In this document: positions 27,289 through 38,842 of the stretch, piece by piece
Layout: each line of letters opens with the position of its first letter
Position numbering within the stretch: position 1 is the stretch's first letter
Origin: Tubiluchus corallicola
Lineage: Eukaryota; Animalia; Priapulida
NCBI GenBank assembly: GCA_030141605.1
Contig: JAQGDQ010001012.1
Span: 6,633-70,632 of the forward strand
DNA: 64,000 bases
Direction of reading: 5' to 3'
Notes under the pieces: generated by a model
The model's database searches: none
The model's input: the letters and a program-made list of their open reading frames with translations, nothing else
Told to the model about the DNA's origin: nothing
Program-made: the position numbers and the translations under genes

Positions 27289-28471
27289 TGTTGGGAGCTA
27301 GTAGATTTTTATGGTGGGGGTGCAACTCTTTACCTCCCAACTCATCCACAAATCTGACTACCCTGTCGCGTCATCTTTTATTCACAATAAAAGGGTTGTG
27401 CAACATACGTGGGCGGTTGTTGTCCTACAATTTTCCAGAGGGCAACAAGGCATATGAACCAAAATTCAACGACACAGGTATAATTAATATATCTTTAGTG
27501 AGGTTGCAATGTCGAAGGGCTCACTTGAAAAACCAGCGGGTCTAAGGCTTGATGTTACGTTTTACGGGGGTCTACTTAGGCGTTATGGTTTTCCATGTTG
27601 ACCATGACATACATAGATTCCAAACATACCAACAACAAAATCTTATATGAAATGGAGGAAAAGATTATGATTATGTTTACTATTTTTATTCACTTTTTAC
27701 TCTGTTTAGATAAATTAGAACAGGTTAAATTATCAATAACAGTTTCGCATAAAAGCATAATGACAAAAATGACAAAGTGAAAAGAAAACAAAATGTCTAC
27801 TTATCAGTTAACCCTTCCCCTGAGAGGACAAGGACATAGGATAGGAGTCCGCGGACGTAGCTCACTCCAGTCAGTCACAGCAACACATCAACGACTTCAA
27901 GTCTATGGCCATAACAATCAACGGTGATGACGCCGGCTGCAGCACCAATCAAACATGAACTAAGGAATGGCTCACAAGTCTCTGTGGTTGACTCAGGATA
28001 CGTCCACCATCCACAACGTCTGGACACTGGTGGCTAGTCATGCCTTTCCATGTAGTTTAGAATAAGACACATCGCAGAAAGTTCCAACATCTCATCAGTG
28101 TGAATAAAGCTCCATCCACAACATCAAAACTGAAGTAGTTTGGTATCACCACTGATAGTCTCTTTATGTTAGATCAGTCAAATAGTAGATGTGCACAAGT
28201 TTAGTGCTTCAAAGACTCTTATAATCAAGTTTAGGATTTTAACCATTTTTTGTAGAGTAAAGTTAAAGTTAAGAGTTAACACATTTTAGCTGCTTTCAGA
28301 TTCAGCAGTTACACTGTACTCTCCTGGATATCTGTGTCATGCACTTTCCAAGATCATGTTATGCATGGATAGGTTATAGTATATTATGAAAGGAGGGGTG
28401 ATAGGTAAGAAGCCCTTCCCACAGACTATACTACAGCAATATCTAGTTTAGCTATGTGTAAGAACCTTACA
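27289..28471 (-). repeat. 3' LTR of the gag-only element
   Basis: Direct repeat of 30756-31938 (offset 3467); preceded on the - strand by purine tract AAAGGGGG (28477-28484). Confidence 0.96.
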
Positions 28472-28940
28472 AAAGACCCCCTTTGAAGACAATTGTTAGG
28501 GATTTTTAAGTCTAAAGTAATAACATTCTTGGACGAAAAGCACAACAATTGGCTAATACGCAAACATAGCAAAACTGACTAATCCATCAATATACATAAG
28601 ATAAATCAAGTTAATAATTCACAACATTAGTCAAAAGTATTTCAATACAATGCAAGAGTGATGTCACATTAAAAACAATAATCAGCAATTGCACACTAAA
28701 CCTGACCAAAATTCTGTCGTACTGGACATGCAAATATTTGTACACATTGCAACACAAAATACATGTACATTTATCCAAATAATTACTATATTAGTAACAA
28801 AATCACATTATTCAATAACATGTATACCTTGACTTTAATGTTTTTCACACTAAGGTAATTTGCAAGAAAAAAGGAAATATCTTAGCAAGTAAATGCTTAT
28901 TCATTGGAGATCAAGCTCTACTTAACCTAACAATTCGAAT

Positions 28941-30107
28941 TTAGGGTTTATTATTCGGTATATTGGTAAGAGAACTCGCATATACATCGGCAAGTTCAGC
29001 CATATCTGCATATGAAGTGTATGTTTGACACTTTAGATAAGAAACCATGTCCGAAGGCAGTTTGTTGTACGCATCTTCTAGAAAGAAAATGTCACAAACT
29101 TCGTCTATTGTCTTTGGTTGTAATGAATTGATCCACAATAGACCATTCTGTTTAATTCTCTTGAAAAATGAATTGTAATTTTCTGAGCGTTTTTTCTGTG
29201 TTGCTCTGAAATCATGTCTGAACTGATCCTTTGAAATTTTGTAGCAGTTCAAGAGATGTTCTTTGACTTTTGTGTAGTCAATAATGTCAGTAGGACTCAT
29301 CTCTATCAAAAAGTCTGATGCTCTGCCTGTGAGCACTCTTCCTAAATTGGCTGAGTATTCCTCCAAAGGGACATTATGGAGTGTCATTATGTTCTCAAAG
29401 TATGTTAAGAAATGGTGAATCTTGTCTTTTGATTCATCATAATGACGCATTTTGACTGTTGTAGGTTGTTTCGTGAAAGGATTAGTTGATGTATGTGACA
29501 ACACAGGTGTACTACATTTGTTAGACTCTAAGTTTATTTGTGCCATTTGTAATTTGAAGCGACGTGCTTCTTGTTTATCTTTATCAGCTAATTCCATTTT
29601 TCTTTGTTCAAATTCATACTGTATTTGCAGCATTTGTGAAAGAACTTGTAATTGTTCAGCTGACTGCACTTTTTCAATTGTACTGAGTATTTCTTTTACC
29701 CCAAAAGTGGTATCTCTGACTTGATCAAAATCAGGGCCACCTTCTACGTTAATTATTTGTGCTGGAACTTTTGTTCTAACGCTGGGCTTAAGGACCTGTT
29801 CCACAGTACTGAGGTTTGTTTGTTTATCAATTGGTGCTTCCACTTTATCTGCACCACCTCTATGTAAAGGGTCAAATAAGTGAGTTGGTCGTTTATCACC
29901 ATCAGTACCTACTAATGTGTCTGATTTTGCTTGGGCAACCTGCTGAGATATATCTGGGTGTTTATCATGTTGGAGTTGAGTCACTAAAATTTCATTAATT
30001 AACTCTTGCTTTGCAAGTTGACCAACTTTAATATTTAGAAATTTAGAAATTCTCTTTAACTCAGTGACAGGTTTACTGTTTAATTCTTCATGCGTGAATG
30101 CATCCAT
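28941..30107 (-). CDS. Gag protein (388 aa): N-terminal short helical (Rho-N/HeH-like) segment, coiled coil, capsid with SCAN-like C-terminus, Gmr1-like
   Basis: Uninterrupted ATG-TAA ORF. Capsid-like motifs FLTYFE..., LTGRA, DYTKVKEHLL, FRHDFR, FLEDAYNKLP..MAELADVY. No CCHC knuckle. Confidence 0.85.
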   Translation of the reverse strand: MDAFTHEELNSKPVTELKRISKFLNIKVGQLAKQELINEILVTQLQHDKHPDISQQVAQAKSDTLVGTDGDKRPTHLFDPLHRGGADKVEAPIDKQTNLSTVEQVLKPSVRTKVPAQIINVEGGPDFDQVRDTTFGVKEILSTIEKVQSAEQLQVLSQMLQIQYEFEQRKMELADKDKQEARRFKLQMAQINLESNKCSTPVLSHTSTNPFTKQPTTVKMRHYDESKDKIHHFLTYFENIMTLHNVPLEEYSANLGRVLTGRASDFLIEMSPTDIIDYTKVKEHLLNCYKISKDQFRHDFRATQKKRSENYNSFFKRIKQNGLLWINSLQPKTIDEVCDIFFLEDAYNKLPSDMVSYLKCQTYTSYADMAELADVYASSLTNIPNNKP

Positions 30108-30739
30108 GGTACAATAGTTTATCTCAAAAACGAGCAGGGATTTGCAATTCCAGTTTAACTAAACAAGCAATAAGTCAAGTGGCTTCTATAATAAACTTTG
30201 TATCAATAAGGTAATGTTAAACGCTTTACTATCGTTCAAGGACAGCTAAGAGCAATAAAATTTTGAATGGCTCTATATTTACCAGCTACCGGTTTTACAT
30301 GCAGCCGTTTATAAACGCAAATTTATCTGAATGTGACCAGCTAACGTTATCTGGGTCACACCGTCTGAGTGGAAATTTCTTATCAAAACAGCTGACTGAA
30401 AAACGCAGACTTGTAAGACAGTAATAGCACTGTAAACTAAGACAATTAATCGACATGCATTCAATGGCTCAAATAGAAATAATCCTAACCACAACAACAA
30501 TCATATCAATAACTTCAGGCAGATAACACTAAATCCAAATTTCAAGCAAAATTAACAATATTAATATGTAGGGCCAAATTTGACAGCTTAATACTTTATG
30601 GCTTCTTTCATTCACCAAAAACAACTTTGATACTTTACTCCAAGGTTAATAACTTGGTTAGTCTACTTAAGCAAAACTACTAAGCAGAATGAAAAATAAA
30701 CATTTGCAACTTTGTAAAATGGGTTTGTTATAAAGAAAA

Positions 30740-30752
30740 CCGTTGCCACCAA
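30740..30752 (-). promoter_or_regulatory. Primer binding site, tRNA-Leu-like
   Basis: The - strand reads TGGTGGCAACGGT a few nt inside the 5' LTR; this is one mismatch from TGGTGGCAGCGGT, the complement of the tRNA-Leu(AAG/UAG) 3' end. Confidence 0.75.
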
Positions 30753-30755
30753 ATA

Positions 30756-31938
30756 TGTTGGGAGCTAGTAGATTTTTATGGTGGGGGTGCAACTCTTTAC
30801 CTCCCAACTCATCCACAAATCTGACTACCCTGTCGCGTCATCTTTTATTCACAATAAAAGGGTTGTGCAACATACGTGGGCGGTTGTTGTCCTACAATTT
30901 TCCAGAGGGCAACAAGGCATATGAACCAAAATTCAACGACACAGGTATAATTAATATATCTTTAGTGAGGTTGCAATGTCGAAGGGCTCACTTGAAAAAC
31001 CAGCGGGTCTAAGGCTTGATGTTACGTTTTACGGGGGTCTACTTAGGCGTTATGGTTTTCCATGTTGACCATGACATACATAGATTCCAAACATACCAAC
31101 AACAAAATCTTATATGAAATGGAGGAAAAGATTATGATTATGTTTACTATTTTTATTCACTTTTTACTCTGTTTAGATAAATTAGAACAGGTTAAATTAT
31201 CAATAACAGTTTCGCATAAAAGCATAATGACAAAAATGACAAAGTGAAAAGAAAACAAAATGTCTACTTATCAGTTAACCCTTCCCCTGAGAGGACAAGG
31301 ACATAGGATAGGAGTCCGCGGACGTAGCTCACTCCAGTCAGTCACAGCAACACATCAACGACTTCAAGTCTATGGCCATAACAATCAACGGTGATGACGC
31401 CGGCTGCAGCACCAATCAAACATGAACTAAGGAATGGCTCACAAGTCTCTGTGGTTGACTCAGGATACGTCCACCATCCACAACGTCTGGACACTGGTGG
31501 CTAGTCACGCCTTTCCATGTAGTTTAGAATAAGACACATCGCAGAAAGTTCCAACATCTCATCAGTGTGAATAAAGCTCCATCCACAACATCAAAACTGA
31601 AGTAGTTTGGTATCACCACTGATAGTCTCTTTATGTTAGATCAGTCAAATAGTAGATGTGCACAAGTTTAGTGCTTCAAAGACTCTTATAATCAAGTTTA
31701 GGATTTTAACCATTTTTTGTAGAGTAAAGTTAAAGTTAAGAGTTAACACATTTTAGCTGCTTTCAGATTCAGCAGTTACACTGTACTCTCCTGGATATCT
31801 GTGTCATGCACTTTCCAAGATCATGTTATGCATGGATAGGTTATAGTATATTATGAAAGGAGGGGTGATAGGTAAGAAGCCCTTCCCACAGACTATACTA
31901 CAGCAATATCTAGTTTAGCTATGTGTAAGAACCTTACA
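30756..31938 (-). repeat. 5' LTR of the gag-only element
   Basis: 1183 bp; only one difference to the other LTR seen by eye (T28041 vs C31508). Confidence 0.96.
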
Positions 31939-33715
31939 CCATTATTAAAGCTAAAACGCAGAAATGTTTCTGAGCTTAGATCATTCTTAGGTATTGTAAA
32001 TTACTACTCACATTTCTTGCCTGATTTATCAACTACTTTTGCTCCTTTGTACCAGTTGTTGCAAAAAGGTGTTCCATGGAAATGGTCATCAGAGTGTGAC
32101 AGTGCACTAGGTAAAGTTAAACAGTGCTTAACTAGTGATTCATTGTTAGTGCACTATGATTTAAAGAAGCCACTCACCCTGGCATGTGATGCTTCACCAT
32201 TTGGTGTGGGTTGTGTCATATCGCACATCATGGAAAATGGCTTATTGCGTCTAGAACGTCCGATTGCTTATGCGTCTAGAACTTTGACAGCTGCAGAGAA
32301 GGGTTACAGTCAGATTGAAAAGGAGGCACTTGGCATAGTGTATGGTGTTCAAAAGTTTCACAAATATTTGTATCTGTGGCATTTTACATTGTATACCGAT
32401 CATAAGCCTTTGACTACCATCTTTGGGCCAAAAACAGCTGTGCCTACTCTTGCTGCGTTAAGACTACAGCGTTGGTCTTTAATTTTTATGGGCTATGAAT
32501 ATGACATCCATTACAGGAAGTCAAGTGAGCATGAAAATGCTGATACCTTGTCTAGGTTTCCATTATCAGGTTGTACTTTAGCAACTGAGTTGGATGTTAA
32601 TTATTTTTCTTATGTAAATGATTTGCCAGTAACAGCAAAGAGTATCAGTGAAGAATCTCGTAAAGATCCTGTTTTGTCTAGAGTATGGTATCGTGTCATG
32701 AACGGGTTGGCCTGCTGAGGTAGATCAAAATAGTCCTTTAATGCCTTATTTTCTTAGATGCCATGAGTTGTCTAATGACAATGGTTGTCTTCTTTGGGGG
32801 TTACGTGTCATTATACCACCCCGTTTCCAGTCTCAACTACTTGACGAATTGCACCGTGAGCATTTTGGAATGGTGCGTATGAAAGCTTTAGCTCGTTCTT
32901 ATTTTTGGTATCCTGGCTTAGATGCTGATATCGAAAATTTAGTAAAAGGCTGTAGTGTATGCCTTAGTGTTAGAAATAATCCAGTGCGTGCACCAGTAAT
33001 TCCTTGGAAATTTCCATCTAAAGTGTGGGAGAGAGTGCACATTGATTTCTTTGAGATTGATGGGAAGATTTCCTTATCTTGGTTGATGCCTATTCTAAAT
33101 GGTTAGAGATACAGTATATGCCATCTACAACTTCTACAAGAACAATCGAAGTACTTGGTACTTGGTTTGCTTCTTTTGGGCTACCTGTTGAGTTAGTATC
33201 TGATAATGGGCCTCAACTGGTATCTGAAGAGTTTGAGAACTTCTTGAGATCAAATGGTGTAAAACATTCTGTTTCTCCTATTTACCATGCACAGAGTAAT
33301 GGTGCTGCTGAACGTAATGTTCAAACTGCAAAATTAGCTTTAACTAAATACATGATGGAAGCTAACAATATACCTTACATGACTATTTGTAAAATGCTGA
33401 ATAACTTTTTACTTACTTATAGGAATACTCCACATAGTACAACTGGACGTAGTCCAGCAGAACTTATGTTGCAGAGAATGCCTAGAATTAGATTTAGTAT
33501 GTTAAAGCCAGATTTAAGAGATGAAGTGTTTAGTAAGCAGGAGAAAACAGTTGATCATGATAAAACTGTTCGTGAATTCTCTGTAGGTGAGACAGTTAGG
33601 GTGAGGAATCACCGTGGAGGTGTGCTTAAGTGGGATATTGGCAAAGTTTTAAAGAGAATTGGTGTTGTTAGGTACAGAGTTAAGATTGGTTATCAGGTTA
33701 AGCATGTACATGTAA

Positions 33716-36010
33716 ATGTGCTTAATCAAGGAAGTCCTGTTGATGTCATTTATTTTGATTTTGCCAAATCTTTGGATAAAGTGCCTTTTCAAAGATTAAA
33801 AAGCCTATGGAGATATATTAGCTTGATTGAAGATTGATTGTTTGGAAGAAAACAACGTGTCATACTTGATGGTGTAGAATTTTCTGAACGTTTGGTGACA
33901 AATGGTGTTCCGCCTGGATCGGTACTCGGACCTTTGTTGTTCACTTGTTTCATTAATGATGCAGATAATGATATTTACATTCACATTTTAAAATTTGCAG
34001 ATGAAAAAATTGTACAATCTAATTAACTCTGTAGCAGATTCGTTAGTTTTACAGCATGATATTGAACAACTATGTAGGCGATTGGCAAATGTTGATAAAT
34101 GTAGGGTAATGCATTGCGTTTTTGGGAATCTTAAAAGTGATTATGTTATGAATGGAATGACTCTTCGAGGTACAAATAGTAAAAATGATCTTGGTCGAAT
34201 AATAACATCAGACTTGAAATTTTCCTAGCAAAGTGTATCCTTTGTTAAGAAAGTAAATAAAATTCTGGGAATGATAAGTGGCACATCGTTTCTAGACATA
34301 AAGAAATTATATTGAAATTATTGGTTTGGTTAGACCTCATCTAGAATATTGTGCACAGCTTTGGAATCCTCATTATCAGAAAGATATATTGCTTATGGAA
34401 GGTGTACAAAGGCGTGCTACAAGAATAATTTTAGGTTGTAAAAATCTGACATACAGATTGAAATATTGCAGTTTGACCACGCTTGAATTAAGAAGACACT
34501 GTGGAGATTGTGATAATCCGTTTGGCCTAAAATGCTGTAAATGTGTTTATGTCAGGATGGCAAGATTATCACTACAACACTGGTGCTAACACGCCATAAA
34601 TACTTAAAGAAACAGCAAGCTTTATTTGATCTAAGGCTGTGGGTCCATGGCGAGTTTCCTTAACGTGAGAATCTCACATTATCAGAACAGATAGACAAAC
34701 GACCAATTAGCTATAAACTCAATATTATTTAACATAAGAAAAACACATTTGAGAAATAATAAACAAATATATACTACAAATTATGGTTTAGCTACTGTCT
34801 TTAATTTTACCCCGGGATTTTTAAGTGTACCACAAACACCATAAACTGTACTTATCGTGAGTCTCTGTGCACACGTTGGCTAGCTAGCTTAACCTCGTCA
34901 CTGTCGCTGTCGACGGCGGTGTGTACTGGAACAGCCTGACGGCAGGCTTCCCAAACGGTAACTTCAGCGTCAGAAAATTAGGTGACATCAGGCACCATCA
35001 ACTGATGAATGCACTGTAACAAGTCCGGCGTATCTGAAGGCACTGACAGGAAGACCGACCACAGGCTTGTTCTCTGAGAACTACCAATAGTCCATTTCAC
35101 GACCTGGTCTCCTCCACCATAAACGACAAAGTCTCTAGGGGCTTCCTAAATAATGGACAGCCAAGGATCACAAAGACTGAGTATAATCATTGTAAAAGTG
35201 CTCTGTTTCTGCTGAGGAAATTCCATTAATGAATGCAATATTATCCTTTAAACCAATAATTGATAGAACTCAAGTAGAGCAACCATATTGCAAAGCCACA
35301 CTTTTTATACCCTCTCTGTGGCCTCGTTTTTCCAGGTCAAACCTGTTTGCTCTAAGCTGAATGGCTGCATAACATGTAAAGGTTGGTTCATCACCTAAAT
35401 CTGACCAATCAAACAGGTTATAAAGAGTAGCAGCTGTGAATGTCCTATTTATCATCACTCAGGATTGGTGATCAAACATGCCAAATAAGGAAGCACACTT
35501 GCCAAGTTCATGTCCCTGGTTTCTTCCTTTGATAAACAAAGTTGACAGTAGATGGCACTACTACGCTAGCTTGAGAGATAATTACATAGAAAAACCAAAT
35601 AAACTTTTCACTTAGCACTACAAAATTAAACTCATTGGCTCTACTCCGCTTAACTTAGCAAACTTAATTGTAGAAATTTAATTAGTACGATAAAATGAGA
35701 GCACTATTGTATAGGGCTGTCACAGAGACTTTATTAAAGTTTGTAAATTATTAACTAGAAAAGAAAACATTATGCCAGAAAATTTCTTTAATTTAGTTAA
35801 TTGTTGATTCTAAAACGAGAAAACAGTTTAAAACTGTTTAAAGAGCGGTCCATCTTGACATTCGTAAATATTCATTTTCTGTGAAAATTATGAATAAATG
35901 GAATAATCTGCCTGCTATGGGATTGCCCACAAACAACTGCAGTAAAATTTAAATCCTTAATGACAATTATTTTGCAGAAAAATATGGGGTTTCTATGAGT
36001 GTACTCGCTT
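33716..36010 (+). mobile_element. 5'-truncated CR1-type LINE (RT to 3' end), split by a solo LTR
   Basis: VDVIYFDFAKSLDKVP, GVPPGSVLGPLLF, KFAD, VRPHLEYC..WNP, LELRRHCGD; resumes at 35725 with (L)IKVCKL...DIRKYSFS..NKWNNLP. Confidence 0.9.
34509..35724 (-). mobile_element. Solo LTR (~1216 bp) inserted in the CR1 RT
   Basis: TGTGAT...GTCACA termini; 5-bp TSD GAGAT/GAGAC; LINE homology resumes across it; AATAAA on the - strand at ~34621-26. Confidence 0.8.
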
Positions 36011-36150
36011 AACCTCTAATTGTGACAATATAACAGTATAATAGGAACTTCAAGATGATCAACGATTCCAGTTCAGCAGATCTTGGGTGTCCACTTTCTT
36101 GTGATGGTTAAAGTTTACAATTCACCACACCCAATATTTCAGTTCGGAGC

Positions 36151-36230
36151 AGATTAGGGTTAAGATTAGGATTAGGGTTTTTGCTAGGATCAGGTTTAGG
36201 GTTAAGGTTGCACTAGGGTTAGGGTTAATG
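36151..36230 (+). repeat. Degenerate (TTAGGG)n-like tract
   Basis: GATTAGGGTTAAGATTAGGATTAGGG...TTTAGGGTTAAGG...TAGGGTTAGGGTTA. Confidence 0.7.
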
Positions 36231-36439
36231 TTAACGTATTCAAATTGTATGAGGAATTGTATCTCCTTCCCTTGTAATTTTAAAAGTAAATAGCCTTTTC
36301 ATCCCACGTTTTCTAATTGATCTAATACATAACGTTATAATTATCAATTCGGTTTCGAAATCTTAAAATCGATTCGAATTCGAAAAACAAAAATTTGGTT
36401 CGATTCGAATTCGATTTTTGGAAGTGTTTGGTCACCCTT

Positions 36440-36700
36440 ACTATATGATCGGTGTGTTTTACCACGTGGTTTCACCATTATTTATCAGTGCGTCATGATG
36501 TGGAATATCCCGTAACACAACATGGCGGCGAAACACTTGTAATGGACGCTTTAGCAGTAGAAGAGCCTTGTAGTACAATACACGTTGTTACTCGCCCTGA
36601 TATAAAAGACATTTAGACGCCAGACGGATGGATAGAATACTTAATACAAAAAATTGTTATAAAAAGTGAGCTGTCCTGGAAGCGAAGAACACAAGGTAAC
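36440..36700 (+). promoter_or_regulatory. Putative calpain-15 promoter / first non-coding exon
   Basis: CpG-richer patch with E-box CCACGTGG (~36462), TGCGTCA (~36489), YY1-like AACATGGCGGCG (~36519) and candidate donors GTGAGC/GTAAC; ~2 kb upstream of the ATG. Confidence 0.35.
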
Positions 36701-36935
36701 AACGTAACATCTTGTTACAGAGTTGAGTTACAGAAATAATTTAAAACAATAAGCAGAAGCATTTTTATTGTCATTAAGATCAACATTTAGATTCGCAACA
36801 ACGATATATGTGCAATGCGCAGTGTCACAAAGGACATAGAGACACAATATTGGTTTACATATTTTGCTAAAGTATAGCACATAAATACACAACAATTGCA
36901 GTAAAAATTTAAACATCTATCTTAATACCAGTGTT

Positions 36936-37278
36936 GGGCGCCGAGTAACCCACTAGCCGAAGTAGTGTTCCTACATAGTTTCTCTCTTTTTAAAGCATTA
37001 GATACTTAGTTTAATGTTATGATGATGTTAATAGAGCTAATAATAATGATGATATTATTGTGAAAAATACATTGTAAATTGGCAAGGAATATCCATCATT
37101 ATTATAAAGGTACTTTTTCTAAAACAAATTTAATTTTACGTTTCATTATGTCATAATTCTCGACAGAAATCGCCGGTGTCCTACTTGGGCTGCGATGTAC
37201 GACACTGCTTTTACGCAAATTTAGCACATGCGTTTTACCGGCAGTGTCCTACTTCGGCTAGTGGGTTACTCGGCGCCC
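36936..37278. mobile_element. MITE with perfect 30-bp TIR
   Basis: GGGCGCCGAGTAACCCACTAGCCGAAGTAG ... CTACTTCGGCTAGTGGGTTACTCGGCGCCC; AT-rich interior; TSD not evident. Confidence 0.85.
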
Positions 37279-38472
37279 TACAACCAGCTATATCCTGCGG
37301 AAATACAATCACGTGGCAGAAAATTCCCTTAGTAAGTAAGATCTCATAATATCGGATCTCACTGTACATAAGCAAGGTTTAAATATATTATTTAAGCCTA
37401 AGATTTGACGGGACTTCGAAATTTGCTCGTATTAACCAATAATTTATAACAGCCCTTGTCATAAGGGGATTATACTGTATACTTCAGATAATCCTGCCTA
37501 ATTTATCCCTATATTGTCAAACGTGCCTGATTATTGCGACTCTACTGTATGAATTGTAACCTATTTTGCTACTTCATAGGGGGATGACTTGGGTGTCTGT
37601 ATATAATTATAAAGAATATGTTTTGCTCTTCTTGAAAGTTTTCTTTTTTGTATTGAATGAGTTATCTTGCGAGGTCATCTAGATTTAAGATTTGTGATTG
37701 AAATTTAAAGCTTTCTAGAAGGAGTCTGTTTTTTTTTCTCTTAAAGTAAGTTTTATACTGTGTGCATCAGAAAATGACAAAGTGTTGATCGTGTTTGCAT
37801 TATTATTACCATAAGTAAATAATTATAAATCTATTAACACAAATGTTTTATGATTGAAATTTTGCACGCTCATAACTTGCGCGTATATTGTGCACGCATG
37901 TTGGACAGTCGTGCATCGCGTGCAGGATGAATTGCTGGGTTTTGGCTTGTAAGATAATTATAATCCAATAGTGAAATCTGTTTGTTACTAGTTAATGCGT
38001 AATTTACCAACACATTTATATGTCGATCTTATTGGTATGGGGCTGTATGCTACTCTGCAATCTGTCATTGTTTTGTCAATCCTTGTCGCAAAGCTCTTCT
38101 GTTATTTTTTTTGTTTTTTTTATCCAATTTTTTCTTCTTTTTTACGATTTCTTCTCAGTTTTCTCAGACTTGTTAGGGAAAAAAGTCAAAAGATTTCATT
38201 TGTTATTTCTAAATTGATTACATTCAGAAATGTTATTTACATAAATATCTGCTTGGTGATGTAACGAGGAAATATTTTGAGACTGGCTTAGTATTATTAT
38301 AAGTTTTGCTTAATGGCATTTTGTCTTTCAGCTGAGTGACTGTTCTTGACAGTTCACTGTAACACAAAAATGTCAGGAACACGGAACGTAACAAAGGCAG
38401 GAAACTGATAATAGATTAAACACATAATTTTAATCATGTTATTCATTTCAGCCACATTTTCTTCAATCTTCA

Positions 38473-38591
38473 ATGGGTACAAATGCATCCGTGTTGCAAT
38501 GGTATTGTGATGAATGTTCAATGATATGTCCAACGGAGCGGAATTGGTGCAGTAGGTGCAATGCAGTTCGGAAAATCGTTAGGAAAGGCAG
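38473..38591 (+). CDS. CAPN15: Calpain-15/SOL first coding exon (zinc finger 1)
   Basis: MGTNASVLQWYCDECSMICPTERNWCSRCNAVRK resembles the Drosophila SOL N-terminus as recalled (MGT..SVLQW.C..C). Acceptor at 38451, GTtagt donor, phase 2. Confidence 0.85.
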
Positions 38592-38842
38592 GTTAGTTAT
38601 AAATTTTGCCTTGCTCTGATCCTGTGAAGCCAATATAAAATGATCAGAAACATTTCTAAATGCCTAAAACAGCCTGGGTCAACACTTTAGAATCTGGGCC
38701 CAATTAATGTTGCTCTACATCTGGTCTTAAGAACCTCTTTTTGGCAAAAGTTTAGGTGTGTAGCATAAAGTGACTTGTGCATTACATGTTCTATTTCTGA
38801 ATTCTATTTCTGTTCTAACTGTAGGATGTTCTCTTTTATTAG

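Larger units (their letters stand above)
27289..31938 (-). mobile_element. Intact gag-only LTR retrotransposon, 4650 bp
   Basis: Two 1183-bp LTRs (TG...CA), 5-bp TSD CCATT (27284-88 / 31939-43), PBS and PPT on the - strand, a single long ORF, no pol. Confidence 0.96.
24390..33715 (+). mobile_element. Decayed Ty3/Gypsy element (gag-PR-RT-RH-IN) hosting two nested insertions; 3' end replaced by a LINE
   Basis: PBS-like TGGCGAC at 24542; gag 24598-25500 with CYKCSKIGHIAKVC knuckle; protease V-DTGA; RT (RICGDYK, KIDD); RNase H (LACDAS, YTDHKPL); integrase (VSDNGPQ, SNGAAER). 5' LTR bounds approximate. Confidence 0.93.

Noticed and set aside
27288-31247. Duplicated 85-89-aa and 61-aa ORFs as gene paralogues
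   Set aside because: They lie inside the two LTRs and are antisense to the element.
27289-31938. Assembly artefact explanation for the 1.18-kb near-identical repeat
   Set aside because: TG..CA ends, TSD, PBS, PPT and clean restoration of the host RT argue for a real LTR element.
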